This document shows positions 38,148 to 48,295 of a DNA stretch of 64,000 nucleotides, one piece after another (the stretch's first letter is position 1; each line of letters begins with the position of its first letter). A program made the position numbers and the translations under genes. The notes under the pieces were generated by a model. It was not told where the DNA came from. It did not search any database and worked only from the letters and a program-made list of their open reading frames with translations. The stretch comes from Rhodospirillales bacterium (GTDB lineage Bacteria; Pseudomonadota; Alphaproteobacteria; Rhodospirillales; UBA2165). The stretch is taken from positions 33,627 through 97,626 of the forward strand of contig DUBF01000058.1 of the NCBI GenBank assembly GCA_012960465.1, in the 5' to 3' direction.

Positions 38148-39650
38148 CTAATTCTCATAATTATTAGAAACCAAACGATCAAGTAATCGGACACCAAATG
38201 CCGTTCCCCCCTTTGGCACAGTGGGTTCATCGGATTTGGACCAAGTAACACCCGCTATATCCAAATGAGCCCAAGGTATTTTCCCAACAAAACGCTGCAG
38301 AAACTGAGCTGCTGTGATACTCCCAGCACCACGACCTCCGATATTTTGCATATCAGCAATTTGCGAGTTAATCATTTTATCATAAGCATCACTGAGTGGA
38401 AGGCGCCACAACCTCTCTTCGACGTCTTCACCTGCTCTCGTCAACCTTTCAGATAGCTGATCATTGTTAGAAAATAAACCGGCATGATGGCTACCAAGAG
38501 ATACAATTATCGCACCAGTAAGCGTTGCGAGGTTGACCATAAATTTTGGCTTGAATCGCTCCTTAGTATAATGGAGCGCGTCGGCTAGGACTAAACGCCC
38601 CTCGGCATCGGTATTCAACACCTCAATGGTCTGCCCCGACATAGAAGTGACGATGTCACCTGGCCGTTGGGCGTTGCCACCAGGCATATTTTCCACGAGA
38701 CCGACAACGCCCACTACGTTAACTTTAGCCTTACGACCGGCAAGGGCTTTCATCAAGCCTATAACAACACCTGAGCCACCCATGTCCCATTTCATATCTT
38801 CCATTCCAGCAGAAGGTTTGATCGAAATCCCGCCGGTATCAAATGTAACTCCTTTACCTACAAACGCTATTGGCTGAGCTATTTTTCCCCTTCCCTTGGG
38901 ACCGCCATTCCACTGCATTACGACCAAGCGGGATTCGCGGACACTACCTTGGCCAACGCCTAGTAAAGCTCCCATCCCGAGGCGCCGCATCTGTGATTCT
39001 CCAAAAATTTGAACTTTTATGCCAAGTTTTTCCAATGTTTTAGCTTGCTTGGCCAGTGTATCTGGATAAAGAATATTTGGTGGTTCGGAGACCAAATCAC
39101 GAGTAAAGAAAACACCATCCGCAATTTTAGCAAGACTACCATATTTCTTGCGAGCATTAGCAAAACCGGTACAAGCGATTCTAAGGGTTTTAATATTGGG
39201 TTTGTTTTCAGGTTTTAATTTTGTTTTGTATTTATCAAATCTATAAGAGCGCAAATTTGCACCAAATGCTATTTCACTAGCCATTTCTGCGGCGCTCAAT
39301 TTAGCATCTGTTACAGCATCTAAAGCAACAACAACCAAGCCTTTTTTTGCTTGCAGCGTTCCAGCATAAATTCGCCCACCAAGCTTTTGCATTTCAAGAA
39401 CAGTCATGTCTTTAGCTTTACCAAGGCCAACTAACATTACACGATCAAGCCTAGTACCTGCTGGAGCGATAACGTTTAAAGTTTGACCTTTTTTACCCTC
39501 AAAACGACTTCCGCGCACTGCGCGCGTAAGTGCGCCTCCGGTTTTTTTATCCAACTTAGCCGCAGATTCAGATAGTTTTCCATCTGAGACCGCAGTGACA
39601 ACCACGATACCTGTTGATGGCAAACCATATTTTACAAATGATATTTTCAT
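38148..39650 (-). CDS. pepA: leucyl aminopeptidase (M17)
   Basis: Contains VGKGVTFDTGGISIKP and the NTDAEGRLVLADAL signature. Confidence 0.95.
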   Translation of the reverse strand: MKISFVKYGLPSTGIVVVTAVSDGKLSESAAKLDKKTGGALTRAVRGSRFEGKKGQTLNVIAPAGTRLDRVMLVGLGKAKDMTVLEMQKLGGRIYAGTLQAKKGLVVVALDAVTDAKLSAAEMASEIAFGANLRSYRFDKYKTKLKPENKPNIKTLRIACTGFANARKKYGSLAKIADGVFFTRDLVSEPPNILYPDTLAKQAKTLEKLGIKVQIFGESQMRRLGMGALLGVGQGSVRESRLVVMQWNGGPKGRGKIAQPIAFVGKGVTFDTGGISIKPSAGMEDMKWDMGGSGVVIGLMKALAGRKAKVNVVGVVGLVENMPGGNAQRPGDIVTSMSGQTIEVLNTDAEGRLVLADALHYTKERFKPKFMVNLATLTGAIIVSLGSHHAGLFSNNDQLSERLTRAGEDVEERLWRLPLSDAYDKMINSQIADMQNIGGRGAGSITAAQFLQRFVGKIPWAHLDIAGVTWSKSDEPTVPKGGTAFGVRLLDRLVSNNYEN

Positions 39651-39759
39651 ATGATCCTCAGTAAGATAAAATGTTCATAATATAATTTAGTTAATTTAGC
39701 TCTCGGTGGGATAAAGAAAAGACCTAGTTTGCAATAATCAAATAAATAATCAATAGCTA

Positions 39760-40710
39760 TTAATTAACTTCTTCTGCTACCTCCGCTCTATTATACTCTC
39801 CCTTTAACCACAATAAACCGCCAGGGAGTGCAAATATGATATTAATTAAACCAAGTAATACAGATACAACGAATGTATCGCCCTCAAGTATACCGACAAA
39901 TGCGAAAGCCCCTACCATTGCTCCTTCTCGAACCCCCCAACCTGCAATAGAAATCGGTAAGGTCATAAATAAAATCACTGGTGGCATTAAAACCAAGCAA
40001 TCCAAAATTGACACTTCAACCGATAAAGCACGAAACGTCAAATAAGCCGACATAGCCAATAAAATATTTCCAGAAATCCCGAGAAATATTGCCTTGCAAG
40101 CGTGTTGAGGTGATAGAAAAAGTCGTTTTGTATCTGAAGCTAAGTGCACTAACCCGCTTATGATGCGCCAAGTCTGGAAGCCCTTTGGCAATCGATCCAG
40201 TAACATTAGACCAACAATTCCAACCAACGCCATAACGGTTAGGGCAGGAAATAAATATTTGACTGGATCATCGCCAATGCGCGCAAGTAAGAATGGTTGA
40301 CTTAGTATTACCAGCAGGATTAAACCTAAAAAGGCTATAGCCCGTTCCAACATTACACCATTTATGGCACTTTTTAAATCAATACCCGTCTTTCTAGCTA
40401 AATATATTTTAAAAGCGTCTCCGCCAATAGTCGATGGAAGAGTCTGATTAAAAAATATCGAAATATAAATAATCTTAATGGCTATTCTAAAAGGTAAATC
40501 CGCCTTAATAGCATTTAATACAATTATCCAACGGGCAGTGTTATTAACAAGTAACACTGAAAGTATTATAATGGCCCCTAGTAGATAAAAAAATTTGATA
40601 TCTTTATAACGTTCCACTGCAGCACCGAGGTCAAAATTGAATGCAATAAACCAAATCAATATCGCCGAAATAGCGAATTTCATTATAAAAAATAAAATTT
40701 TTTTATTCAT
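39760..40710 (-). CDS. UPF0104 / lysylphosphatidylglycerol-synthase-TM-region-like (flippase-like) membrane protein
   Basis: 316 aa with ~8 TM helices. The general sequence character is that of the MprF N-terminal/UPF0104 family, and there is no synthase domain. This is a family-level call from pattern only. Confidence 0.65.
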   Translation of the reverse strand: MNKKILFFIMKFAISAILIWFIAFNFDLGAAVERYKDIKFFYLLGAIIILSVLLVNNTARWIIVLNAIKADLPFRIAIKIIYISIFFNQTLPSTIGGDAFKIYLARKTGIDLKSAINGVMLERAIAFLGLILLVILSQPFLLARIGDDPVKYLFPALTVMALVGIVGLMLLDRLPKGFQTWRIISGLVHLASDTKRLFLSPQHACKAIFLGISGNILLAMSAYLTFRALSVEVSILDCLVLMPPVILFMTLPISIAGWGVREGAMVGAFAFVGILEGDTFVVSVLLGLINIIFALPGGLLWLKGEYNRAEVAEEVN

Positions 40711-40820
40711 AATAATCCCATAGCACCTTAGATACGATTTTTTTTTATTTTAATTAAAGTTCCCTTGATACAACTAATTATTTCTTAAAGCATGAAACAG
40801 TAATAAAAAGACCAAGATTA

Positions 40821-41882
40821 TTAAAACTCTATAGTCTGTCGTTTACGCCCCCATGTGCCCGGAAGCCCATCAAAAATACCAGCGCATTTCTCGCCACATT
40901 TCTGACATTCACCACCAGGCGTCAACTTCCAAGTTGAGAGCTCATACCAGTCTCTTCCAATCAAGGTTTCACCGCAGCGATGGCAGTAAGTGCTTGATCC
41001 ACTAAAGTTATGGATATTGCCTAAATAGACGTAACGCAGCCCATGATTTTGTGCAATTTCACGAGCTTTAAATAATGTGCTTGGTGGGGTATTAGATTTA
41101 TCCAACATTTTCCAATCAGGATGAAAAGCTGAAAAATGGAGCGGAACGTCGGATCCAAGATGCTCTTTAATCCATTCGCACTCTTCGTTAATTTCCCGCT
41201 CAGAATCATTTTCACCTGGAATTAAGAGTGTCGTTATTTCAAACCAAACTTCAGTCTCATGTTTAAGATATTTCAAGGTTTCCAGTATATCATTTAAATG
41301 CGCCGAACATACGTCTCTATAAAATCGCTCAGTGAAAGCCTTAAGATCAATATTTGCTGCATCAATATGCTTAAAAAACTCGGCCCGAGGATCCGGAGAA
41401 ATATAACCCGCAGTAACGGCAACTGTTTTAATATTCTTTTCATGACAAGCCTGAGCAACATCAATAGCATATTCTAAAAAAATAGCAGGATCGTTGTAGG
41501 TAAAGGCCACACTTTTACAGCCTCTTTCTTCAGCAATCTCGGCAATTTTTTCAGGGCTCGCTTTATCCGCCAGCTTATCCATCTCCCTGGATTTAGATAT
41601 ATCGTGATTTTGGCAAAACTTGCAGGTTAAGTTACAACCAGCCGTACCGAAGGAGAGTACGGGAGTGCCTGGCAAAAAGTGGTTAAGTGGCTTTTTTTCT
41701 ATAGGATCAATGCAAAAACCTGAAGAACGCCCATAAGTCGTTAAAATAATTTCTTTATCCTGACAAGCGCGAACAAAGCACAGACCACGTTGTCCTTCGT
41801 TAAGTTTACATTCACGCGGACACACGTTGCATTGTATACGACCATCATCGAGTGATTTCCAATATTTAGTTTGATGGTTCAT
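40821..41882 (-). CDS. AmmeMemoRadiSam system radical SAM enzyme
   Basis: N-terminal CNVCPRECKLNEGQRGLCFVR is followed by the radical-SAM cluster GCNLTCKFCQNHDIS. The C-terminal CHRCG...CQKCGEKC ribbon is the architecture typical of TIGR04337-type proteins. Confidence 0.85.
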   Translation of the reverse strand: MNHQTKYWKSLDDGRIQCNVCPRECKLNEGQRGLCFVRACQDKEIILTTYGRSSGFCIDPIEKKPLNHFLPGTPVLSFGTAGCNLTCKFCQNHDISKSREMDKLADKASPEKIAEIAEERGCKSVAFTYNDPAIFLEYAIDVAQACHEKNIKTVAVTAGYISPDPRAEFFKHIDAANIDLKAFTERFYRDVCSAHLNDILETLKYLKHETEVWFEITTLLIPGENDSEREINEECEWIKEHLGSDVPLHFSAFHPDWKMLDKSNTPPSTLFKAREIAQNHGLRYVYLGNIHNFSGSSTYCHRCGETLIGRDWYELSTWKLTPGGECQKCGEKCAGIFDGLPGTWGRKRQTIEF

Positions 41883-42132
41883 AATTGTTTATAATACGAC
41901 CCGAAATAAAATAATAATGCTATAATAATTAATTAAACCAAGCAAAACCGGATAAAATACGTTATGAGTATAAAATCGGTATTTTCCCAAATACAATATT
42001 ATACAACATAGCGTCGACATACACTAATTCAAAAAAATCGAACTTTATCAAATCTACTACTATATTCCAAATTAGATGCTATTTTATAACTTAAATGTTT
42101 TATACACCTGCTATTTGAAAAAATTTACGATT

Positions 42133-43605
42133 ATGTCATTTAATAATACTACAAAAAAAATTCGCCCACCAGCTATCTCAGGGACCTTTTACCCAAGCAA
42201 CCCCAGTGAGCTAGAAGCCTCAGTTCAATATTTTTTACGTGAAGCCGACGAGCATTTTGAATCTACGACTAGTGCTCCAAAAGCAATTATTGCCCCCCAT
42301 GCAGGTTATATTTATTCAGGTCTAACGGCAGCAGCCGTTTATAACCGATTACGCCCTGCACGTGAAATAATAAAACGCGTTGTCATTCTAGGGCCCTGTC
42401 ACAGGGTCGGAATTAACGGCTTAGCGCTTCCAAGTACCGAAATTTTTCAAACCCCTTTCGGTGACATACCTCTAGATACAGATGCGATAGAAAATATTAA
42501 GGACCTAGACTGTATAGAGATTTTCAATGAGACTCATGTAAATGATCACAGCATTGAAATACATCTCCCTTTTTTACAGAAAGTTATCAAAGACTTTAAA
42601 CTGGTACCCCTAATCGTTGGTGAGACCGAACCTAAGAAAGTTGCTGAAGTATTAGAAATACTCTGGGGTGGCCCTGAAACCTTAATACTCATTTCATCAG
42701 ACCTCAGTCACAACTTGGATTATAATCAGGCTAAAATACTTGATAACCAGACACGTCGAGCCATTGAGCAAATGGACCTAAAGGCACTAGGCAATGAGCA
42801 GGCCTGTGGACGCCATTCTATTAAAGGCCTTTTAATGCTGGCCAAGGTAAAAGGTCTCTCAGTAGCGACTGCCGATATCAGAAATTCAGGTGATACGGCT
42901 GGCACCAAAGACAGGGTTGTGGGTTACGGGTCTTGGTATTTTGATGAGAACTATGTAGGTAGTCTGGATAACAAAGATAAATTTGGATTTTTAACGAATA
43001 ATATCTTAAAGCAACATGGTAATACACTGTTACGTTTTGCGGCTTCGACTATATTTTCAAAATTGTTGCATCCTAAGACTACTAAATACAAAAACCTACC
43101 AAAGCTCGATAAAATGTTAAACGAGCCAGGAGCCTCCTTTATAACCCTGAATAAAAAAGGCCAATTGCGCGGATGCATAGGTTCAATCCAAGCCTGGCAG
43201 CCGCTAATTAAAGATATCGCAGAAAATGCCTGCAAAGCTGCGTTTGAGGATCCGCGCTTTCCAAAGCTCACGATAGGAGAAATAGAATCGGGGAAAATCG
43301 AAATATCTATATCAATTTTGAGTCCACAAACTCAAATACATTTCTCAAATGAAACTGATCTACTCGCCCAACTCCAGCCTGGTATTGACGGAATTGTTTT
43401 AACAGAGGGAGCACCACACAGAGGTGTATTTCTACCCGTTGTATGGGAACAATTACCTGATCCCAAACAATTCATAAACCAATTAAAACGCAAGGCAGGC
43501 TTACCCGAAAATTATTGGTCTGACACGATACAAGCTTGGCGGTATATAACCGCAAGTAAATCATCTATTGATTTGCCTGCAGACCAAACACTTTGGCCCA
43601 CGTAA
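42133..43605 (+). CDS. fusion of AmmeMemoRadiSam system protein B (Memo-like) and protein A (AMMECR1-like)
   Basis: The N-terminal half has PAISGTFYP and IIAPHAGYIYSG (Memo). The C-terminal half has GASFITLNKKGQLRGCIGS, EDPRFP and GVFLPVVWEQ (AMMECR1). It is one uninterrupted frame. Start taken at the ATG at 42133. Confidence 0.85.
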   Translation: MSFNNTTKKIRPPAISGTFYPSNPSELEASVQYFLREADEHFESTTSAPKAIIAPHAGYIYSGLTAAAVYNRLRPAREIIKRVVILGPCHRVGINGLALPSTEIFQTPFGDIPLDTDAIENIKDLDCIEIFNETHVNDHSIEIHLPFLQKVIKDFKLVPLIVGETEPKKVAEVLEILWGGPETLILISSDLSHNLDYNQAKILDNQTRRAIEQMDLKALGNEQACGRHSIKGLLMLAKVKGLSVATADIRNSGDTAGTKDRVVGYGSWYFDENYVGSLDNKDKFGFLTNNILKQHGNTLLRFAASTIFSKLLHPKTTKYKNLPKLDKMLNEPGASFITLNKKGQLRGCIGSIQAWQPLIKDIAENACKAAFEDPRFPKLTIGEIESGKIEISISILSPQTQIHFSNETDLLAQLQPGIDGIVLTEGAPHRGVFLPVVWEQLPDPKQFINQLKRKAGLPENYWSDTIQAWRYITASKSSIDLPADQTLWPT

Positions 43606-43672
43606 ACTTTTATGGTTAAATAAAAAAGTATTATAAGAGCTAAATACCATTTAGTTTATTGAAAGTCCCAAA

Positions 43673-44557
43673 TTGAGTATTCAAAATGAAAATAGTCCGA
43701 ACGGGCGCAGCGAACTCTATCACGCCGTCTTATGGATGATGGGTACACTAGCCTCGTTTTCAATTATGGCAATCGCCGTACGTGAATTAACCAATACAAT
43801 AGACCCTTTTGAAATTGTTTTTCTAAGGACTTCGGTAGCCCTCACTATTGTTCTTGGAATTGTATTTTATCATGGGCGAAAAGCTATTTCGACTAAACAC
43901 CTACGGCTGCACGTTTTTAGAAATACTATTCATTACATAGGTAATTTAACTTGGATCATTGGTGTTAGCTTAATCCCATTAGCGCAAGTTTTTGCCTTAG
44001 AATTTAGCGTCCCAATTTGGGTCGCAATTTTTGCAGTCCTATTTTTAAGAGAAAAACTAACAATCGGCAAAATAGTAGCTATTGTTTTTGGGTTTTTAGG
44101 AGTTCTGGTTATCCTTCGCCCTGGACTGATCGCAATTGATCAGGGCTCTCTTGCAGTGCTGGGTGCAGCATTTTGTTTTGCTACGGCTCATGTAGTTACC
44201 AAGTCATTATCCAAATCTGATAAACCTCTAACAATTGTTTTTTTAATGTATACTATGCAGTTGCCTATTAGTGCAATTGGTGCGTATTTCTATTGGACGA
44301 CCCCAACTTGGGTGGATTGGCCTTGGATTTTTCTAGTCGGTATAACGTCTCTTACAGCGCATTACTGTATAACACGAGCGATAACTCTCGCCGACGTGAC
44401 GGTTGTCATACCCATTGATTTTTTGCGAATGCCAATAATCGCCATAATAGGTTTTTATTTATATTCTGAGCCTTTTTCTATCTGGATATTTTTTGGTGCA
44501 ATGCTGATTTTTAGCGGTAACTATTTTAATATTTACCATGAACGAAAAAAGATCTGA
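43673..44557 (+). CDS. DMT superfamily (EamA-like) transporter
   Basis: 294 aa, 10 predicted TM helices, two EamA-type repeats. It has a TTG start and the boundary is uncertain. Confidence 0.8.
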   Translation: MSIQNENSPNGRSELYHAVLWMMGTLASFSIMAIAVRELTNTIDPFEIVFLRTSVALTIVLGIVFYHGRKAISTKHLRLHVFRNTIHYIGNLTWIIGVSLIPLAQVFALEFSVPIWVAIFAVLFLREKLTIGKIVAIVFGFLGVLVILRPGLIAIDQGSLAVLGAAFCFATAHVVTKSLSKSDKPLTIVFLMYTMQLPISAIGAYFYWTTPTWVDWPWIFLVGITSLTAHYCITRAITLADVTVVIPIDFLRMPIIAIIGFYLYSEPFSIWIFFGAMLIFSGNYFNIYHERKKI

Positions 44558-44649
44558 GTTTTAAATTATTTACTAGAGTAGCCGCCAATAAATTTGCTAA
44601 ATGCACACCAGAAAAAAAAATTATTATAAATACCTTTTGGAGAAAAATA

Positions 44650-45135
44650 ATGACAATCAATATCCGCCGTATTGTTACCTCCCATACAACTGATGGCAAA
44701 GCAATTGTAGGTACTGATGAAATAATGAAAAATATACAACAATTGCGTTCGGGTAATTATGAAACATTACTTTGGGTTACAGATGAGTCGCCAGCCGACA
44801 TAAATGGCGAAGATCCAACCGCAACGCCTAGAGATATTGAACCGCCAGAAACTGGATCAATTTTCCGCATCTTAGAGTTAATCCCAGGAAAAGAAGCTTA
44901 TATGCATCGAACAGACACAATTGACTATGCAATTTGTCTTTCCGGCAAGTGTGAAATGTATTTGGACGATAATGACAAAATAAATTTTAAAGCTGGTGAC
45001 GTAATGGTTCAGCGTGCGACAATGCATGGCTGGGCCAACCCTTTCTCAGAACCTTGCCAAATTGCGTTTATCTTAATTGGCTCTAATCAACCAACCAAGC
45101 ACTGGCATGTAGACGCTGAGAACGCGCACGCCTAG
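44650..45135 (+). CDS. cupin domain protein
   Basis: 161 aa. The conserved-barrel pattern (HRTDTIDYAICLSGKCEMYLDD...GDVMVQRATMHGW) resembles small cupins. Confidence 0.6.
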   Translation: MTINIRRIVTSHTTDGKAIVGTDEIMKNIQQLRSGNYETLLWVTDESPADINGEDPTATPRDIEPPETGSIFRILELIPGKEAYMHRTDTIDYAICLSGKCEMYLDDNDKINFKAGDVMVQRATMHGWANPFSEPCQIAFILIGSNQPTKHWHVDAENAHA

Positions 45136-45146
45136 AGGATCATTTA

Positions 45147-45911
45147 TTGGTGCTAAATTTTTCAGATGATATGATCAACTTTCTTCTTGATCTAGCTAAA
45201 GATGCGGGAGACAAAATTCTTGAGTTCTATCAGACTGATATAGAGGTGCGCGAGAAAATCGATAAGTCACTGGTGACCGAAGCAGATGAACAAGCCGAGT
45301 CTATAATACTAAATGGCCTAGCCCAATTCACTCCCAATATACCCGCTATTGGCGAAGAATCGTATTCCGCAGGCGAGCGACATGATATAAGTGGTGGCAC
45401 ATTTTGGCTAGTCGATGCATTAGATGGCACCAAAGAATTCGTTAACCAACGTAATGAATTTACCGTAAATATTGCTTTAATTGAGGATGGAATTGCGATT
45501 TTTGGAATTGTCCTCGCGCCAGCGCTCTTAAGAACTTTCTGGGGCGGTGCCTTTGGCGCTTTCTGCAAAGATGGGAAGAAACAAATAAAAAAAATTACAA
45601 CTCGCGCCACACCAAAAGACGGAATCACTGTAGTGTCTAGCCGTTCTAATCGCGAAGGAGAAAGTAATTTTCTCGCTAATTATGAGGTAAAAAATACTCT
45701 CAATCTGGGGAGTTCCCTCAAAATATGCCTTATTGCAGCAGGTGAAGCTGACCTTTACCCACGGCTTGGGCCAACCTCAGAATGGGATATTGCGGCCGGA
45801 CATGCAATCCTCACTGCCGCCGGTGGTTCTTTAACACAAATTGATGGCTCGCCATTCCTCTATGGAAAAGATACTATTCTAAATCCTTCTTTTATTGCGC
45901 AAGGGCAATGA
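45147..45911 (+). CDS. cysQ: 3'(2'),5'-bisphosphate nucleotidase (inositol monophosphatase family)
   Basis: Contains the metal-binding motifs TEADEQAE, WLVDALDGTKEF and EWDIAAGHAIL. The alternative start at 45171 (MINFLLD) is plausible. Confidence 0.8.
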   Translation: MVLNFSDDMINFLLDLAKDAGDKILEFYQTDIEVREKIDKSLVTEADEQAESIILNGLAQFTPNIPAIGEESYSAGERHDISGGTFWLVDALDGTKEFVNQRNEFTVNIALIEDGIAIFGIVLAPALLRTFWGGAFGAFCKDGKKQIKKITTRATPKDGITVVSSRSNREGESNFLANYEVKNTLNLGSSLKICLIAAGEADLYPRLGPTSEWDIAAGHAILTAAGGSLTQIDGSPFLYGKDTILNPSFIAQGQ

Positions 45912-45936
45912 ACATGAACATGCTAAAAACTTACCT

Positions 45937-46881
45937 ATGAAAACTAGAGTTTTAAACGCAGATACAAAAGGGATACAAACTGCTGCAACTCAATTGCGTG
46001 CCGGCAAATTAGTTGCCTTTCCAACGGAAACTGTCTACGGCCTCGGTGCTAATGCTTATATAGACCAGGCAATTTCCCGTATTTATGAAGCCAAACACCG
46101 ACCCAGTTTTAACCCCCTCATTGTCCATTTTAAGAATATTAATGATGTAAAACAGCAGGTTGTCTGGAACGATTGGTCAGAAAGGTTAGCTGAAAAATTT
46201 TGGCCAGGTGCCGTTACCTTTATTTTGAAGAGAACTGAAAATTGTCAATTATCCCTCTTGGTTAGTGCGGGTCTTGATACAGTTGCGGTCCGAGTTCCAT
46301 CTAATAATATAGCTCAAAAATTAATTGAAGAAGCAAAATACCCGTTAGCAGCTCCTAGCGCTAATTCTTCCGGTAAAATAAGTCCCACCACCGCTAACCA
46401 TGTTGAAATATCACTCGGTGGCAAGATCCCTTATATTGTTGATGGGGGATCGTGTACTATTGGCCTAGAATCTACAGTTGTTGATTTATCAGGCAAAGCG
46501 CCAATACTTTTGCGATCAGGCGGCATAACATTCGACCAACTGAGTAAAGTTATTGGTCCCATATCACCCCGCAATAATGAGAATATTATCTCGTCTCCTG
46601 GCATGCTTAATCGCCATTACGCTCCGGATACCCCTATTCGTTTGAATGCTACAAAATTCGCCAAAACTGAGAACGTACTCGGTTTCGGACCTAACGCACC
46701 CACTTCAGCCTTCAACCTTAGCTCAACAGGAAATTTAATTGAAGCGGCTGCTAATTTATTCAGTTTCATGCATGAATTAAACAAACCTGGCGCAAAACCA
46801 ATCGCCGTAATGCCAATTCCAGAAATGGGGTTAGGGCTGGCGATTAACGACCGCTTGCGCCGAGCGACTGCAAGTGAATAG
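45937..46881 (+). CDS. tsaC: L-threonylcarbamoyladenylate synthase (YrdC + Sua5 domains)
   Basis: Contains FPTETVYGLGANA and SANSSGKISPTTA, with a C-terminal Sua5-type domain. Start trimmed to the ATG at 45937. Confidence 0.9.
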   Translation: MKTRVLNADTKGIQTAATQLRAGKLVAFPTETVYGLGANAYIDQAISRIYEAKHRPSFNPLIVHFKNINDVKQQVVWNDWSERLAEKFWPGAVTFILKRTENCQLSLLVSAGLDTVAVRVPSNNIAQKLIEEAKYPLAAPSANSSGKISPTTANHVEISLGGKIPYIVDGGSCTIGLESTVVDLSGKAPILLRSGGITFDQLSKVIGPISPRNNENIISSPGMLNRHYAPDTPIRLNATKFAKTENVLGFGPNAPTSAFNLSSTGNLIEAAANLFSFMHELNKPGAKPIAVMPIPEMGLGLAINDRLRRATASE

Positions 46882-48295
46882 TCAAATCATGCCTATACCA
46901 ACAGAAATAAAAGCCCGACTAGCAAAAATTGTGGGGCCAAACGGCGTAATCTACGAACTAGATGAGATGATGCCTTATCTTCATGAAGAACGAGGTTTAG
47001 CAACAGGGCACGCTGATATAGTACTTCGCCCCAACAATGTTCAAGAAGTGTCATCTGTTGTGCAAATCTGCGCCAGAGAGAAGATTTCCATAGTACCAGT
47101 GGGTGGTTGCACGGGTCTGGTCGGCGGCACCTTAGCTAATGGCGGCGTAGTGTTAGCCACAGATCGCCTTGATAAGATTATTCAAGTCGACCCACTTAAT
47201 AACACAATAACCGCAGAATCCGGTTGCATTCTAGCTAATTTACAAAATGCCGCTGCCGAAAATGAATGCCTATTTCCATTAAGTTTAGGGGCAGAAGGAA
47301 GCTGCCGTATTGGTGGAAATTTATCAACAAACGCGGGAGGCGTTAGCGTTCTAAGGTATGGTAATACACGTGACTTGGTTCTGGGTTTAGAGGTTGTGCT
47401 TCCAAGCGGTGAAATCTGGAACGGATTAAGCGCATTACGCAAAGATAATACTGGGTATGATTTAAAGCAACTTTTCGTTGGAGCTGAGGGCACATTAGGT
47501 ATTATCACTAAAGCTGTATTAAAGCTTTTCCCTGCGCCAAAAGTATCGACAACTGTCTTAGTTGCTTTACCCCAACTTGAACCTATTTTGGCTTTATTTA
47601 ACCAAACTCGAGAACTATGTGGAGATCGACTAACAGCTTTTGAATTAATATCAAGAATTGGACTCGAACTAGGTAGCTCCCACATTCCCGGAATTGTTGA
47701 TCCTTTTAAAACATCATACCCCTTCTATGCACTTATAGAGCTGACGTCTGCGCAGAAAAAAGATAACCTACATAACGACATTGAAGAAATTTTAGAGAAT
47801 GCGCTTGAAGATGGTATCATTATGGATGCTGTCTTTGCAGAAAGCGATGCACAACGAAGAGAGCTATGGAGAATTCGAGAAGAAATCCCGGCAGCTCAAT
47901 CTCGTGAAGGAGGAAGTATCAAGCATGATATTTCCGTATCTGTTTCTAATACGGTAGCCTTTATCATGGAAGCATCAAAACGCGTATCAAAAGTACTTCC
48001 GGGCATTCGCCCATGCCCCTTTGGGCACATAGGAGATGGGAATATACATTATAATTTAACACAACCCATCGGAATGCCAAAAGAAGAATTTATGTCACGA
48101 TCTGTTGAAATTAATCGTATAGTTCACGATCTAGTGATAGAAATGAAAGGTAGTATCAGCGCAGAGCATGGTATTGGATTTTTCAAGCGCGAAGAACTAA
48201 CACATTATGCCTCACCTACAAAAATTTCATTGATCCGAACAATTAAGCAAGCCATCGATCCCTACAATATAATGAACCCGGGTAAAATAATCTAA
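46874..48295 (+). CDS. FAD-binding oxidoreductase (GlcD / D-2-hydroxyacid dehydrogenase family)
   Basis: Has an FAD-binding PCMH domain (VPVGGCTGLVGG, GNTRDLVLGLEVVLPSGE) and a C-terminal SAEHGIG motif. Alternative start is the ATG at 46889. Confidence 0.85.
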   Translation: MNSQIMPIPTEIKARLAKIVGPNGVIYELDEMMPYLHEERGLATGHADIVLRPNNVQEVSSVVQICAREKISIVPVGGCTGLVGGTLANGGVVLATDRLDKIIQVDPLNNTITAESGCILANLQNAAAENECLFPLSLGAEGSCRIGGNLSTNAGGVSVLRYGNTRDLVLGLEVVLPSGEIWNGLSALRKDNTGYDLKQLFVGAEGTLGIITKAVLKLFPAPKVSTTVLVALPQLEPILALFNQTRELCGDRLTAFELISRIGLELGSSHIPGIVDPFKTSYPFYALIELTSAQKKDNLHNDIEEILENALEDGIIMDAVFAESDAQRRELWRIREEIPAAQSREGGSIKHDISVSVSNTVAFIMEASKRVSKVLPGIRPCPFGHIGDGNIHYNLTQPIGMPKEEFMSRSVEINRIVHDLVIEMKGSISAEHGIGFFKREELTHYASPTKISLIRTIKQAIDPYNIMNPGKII

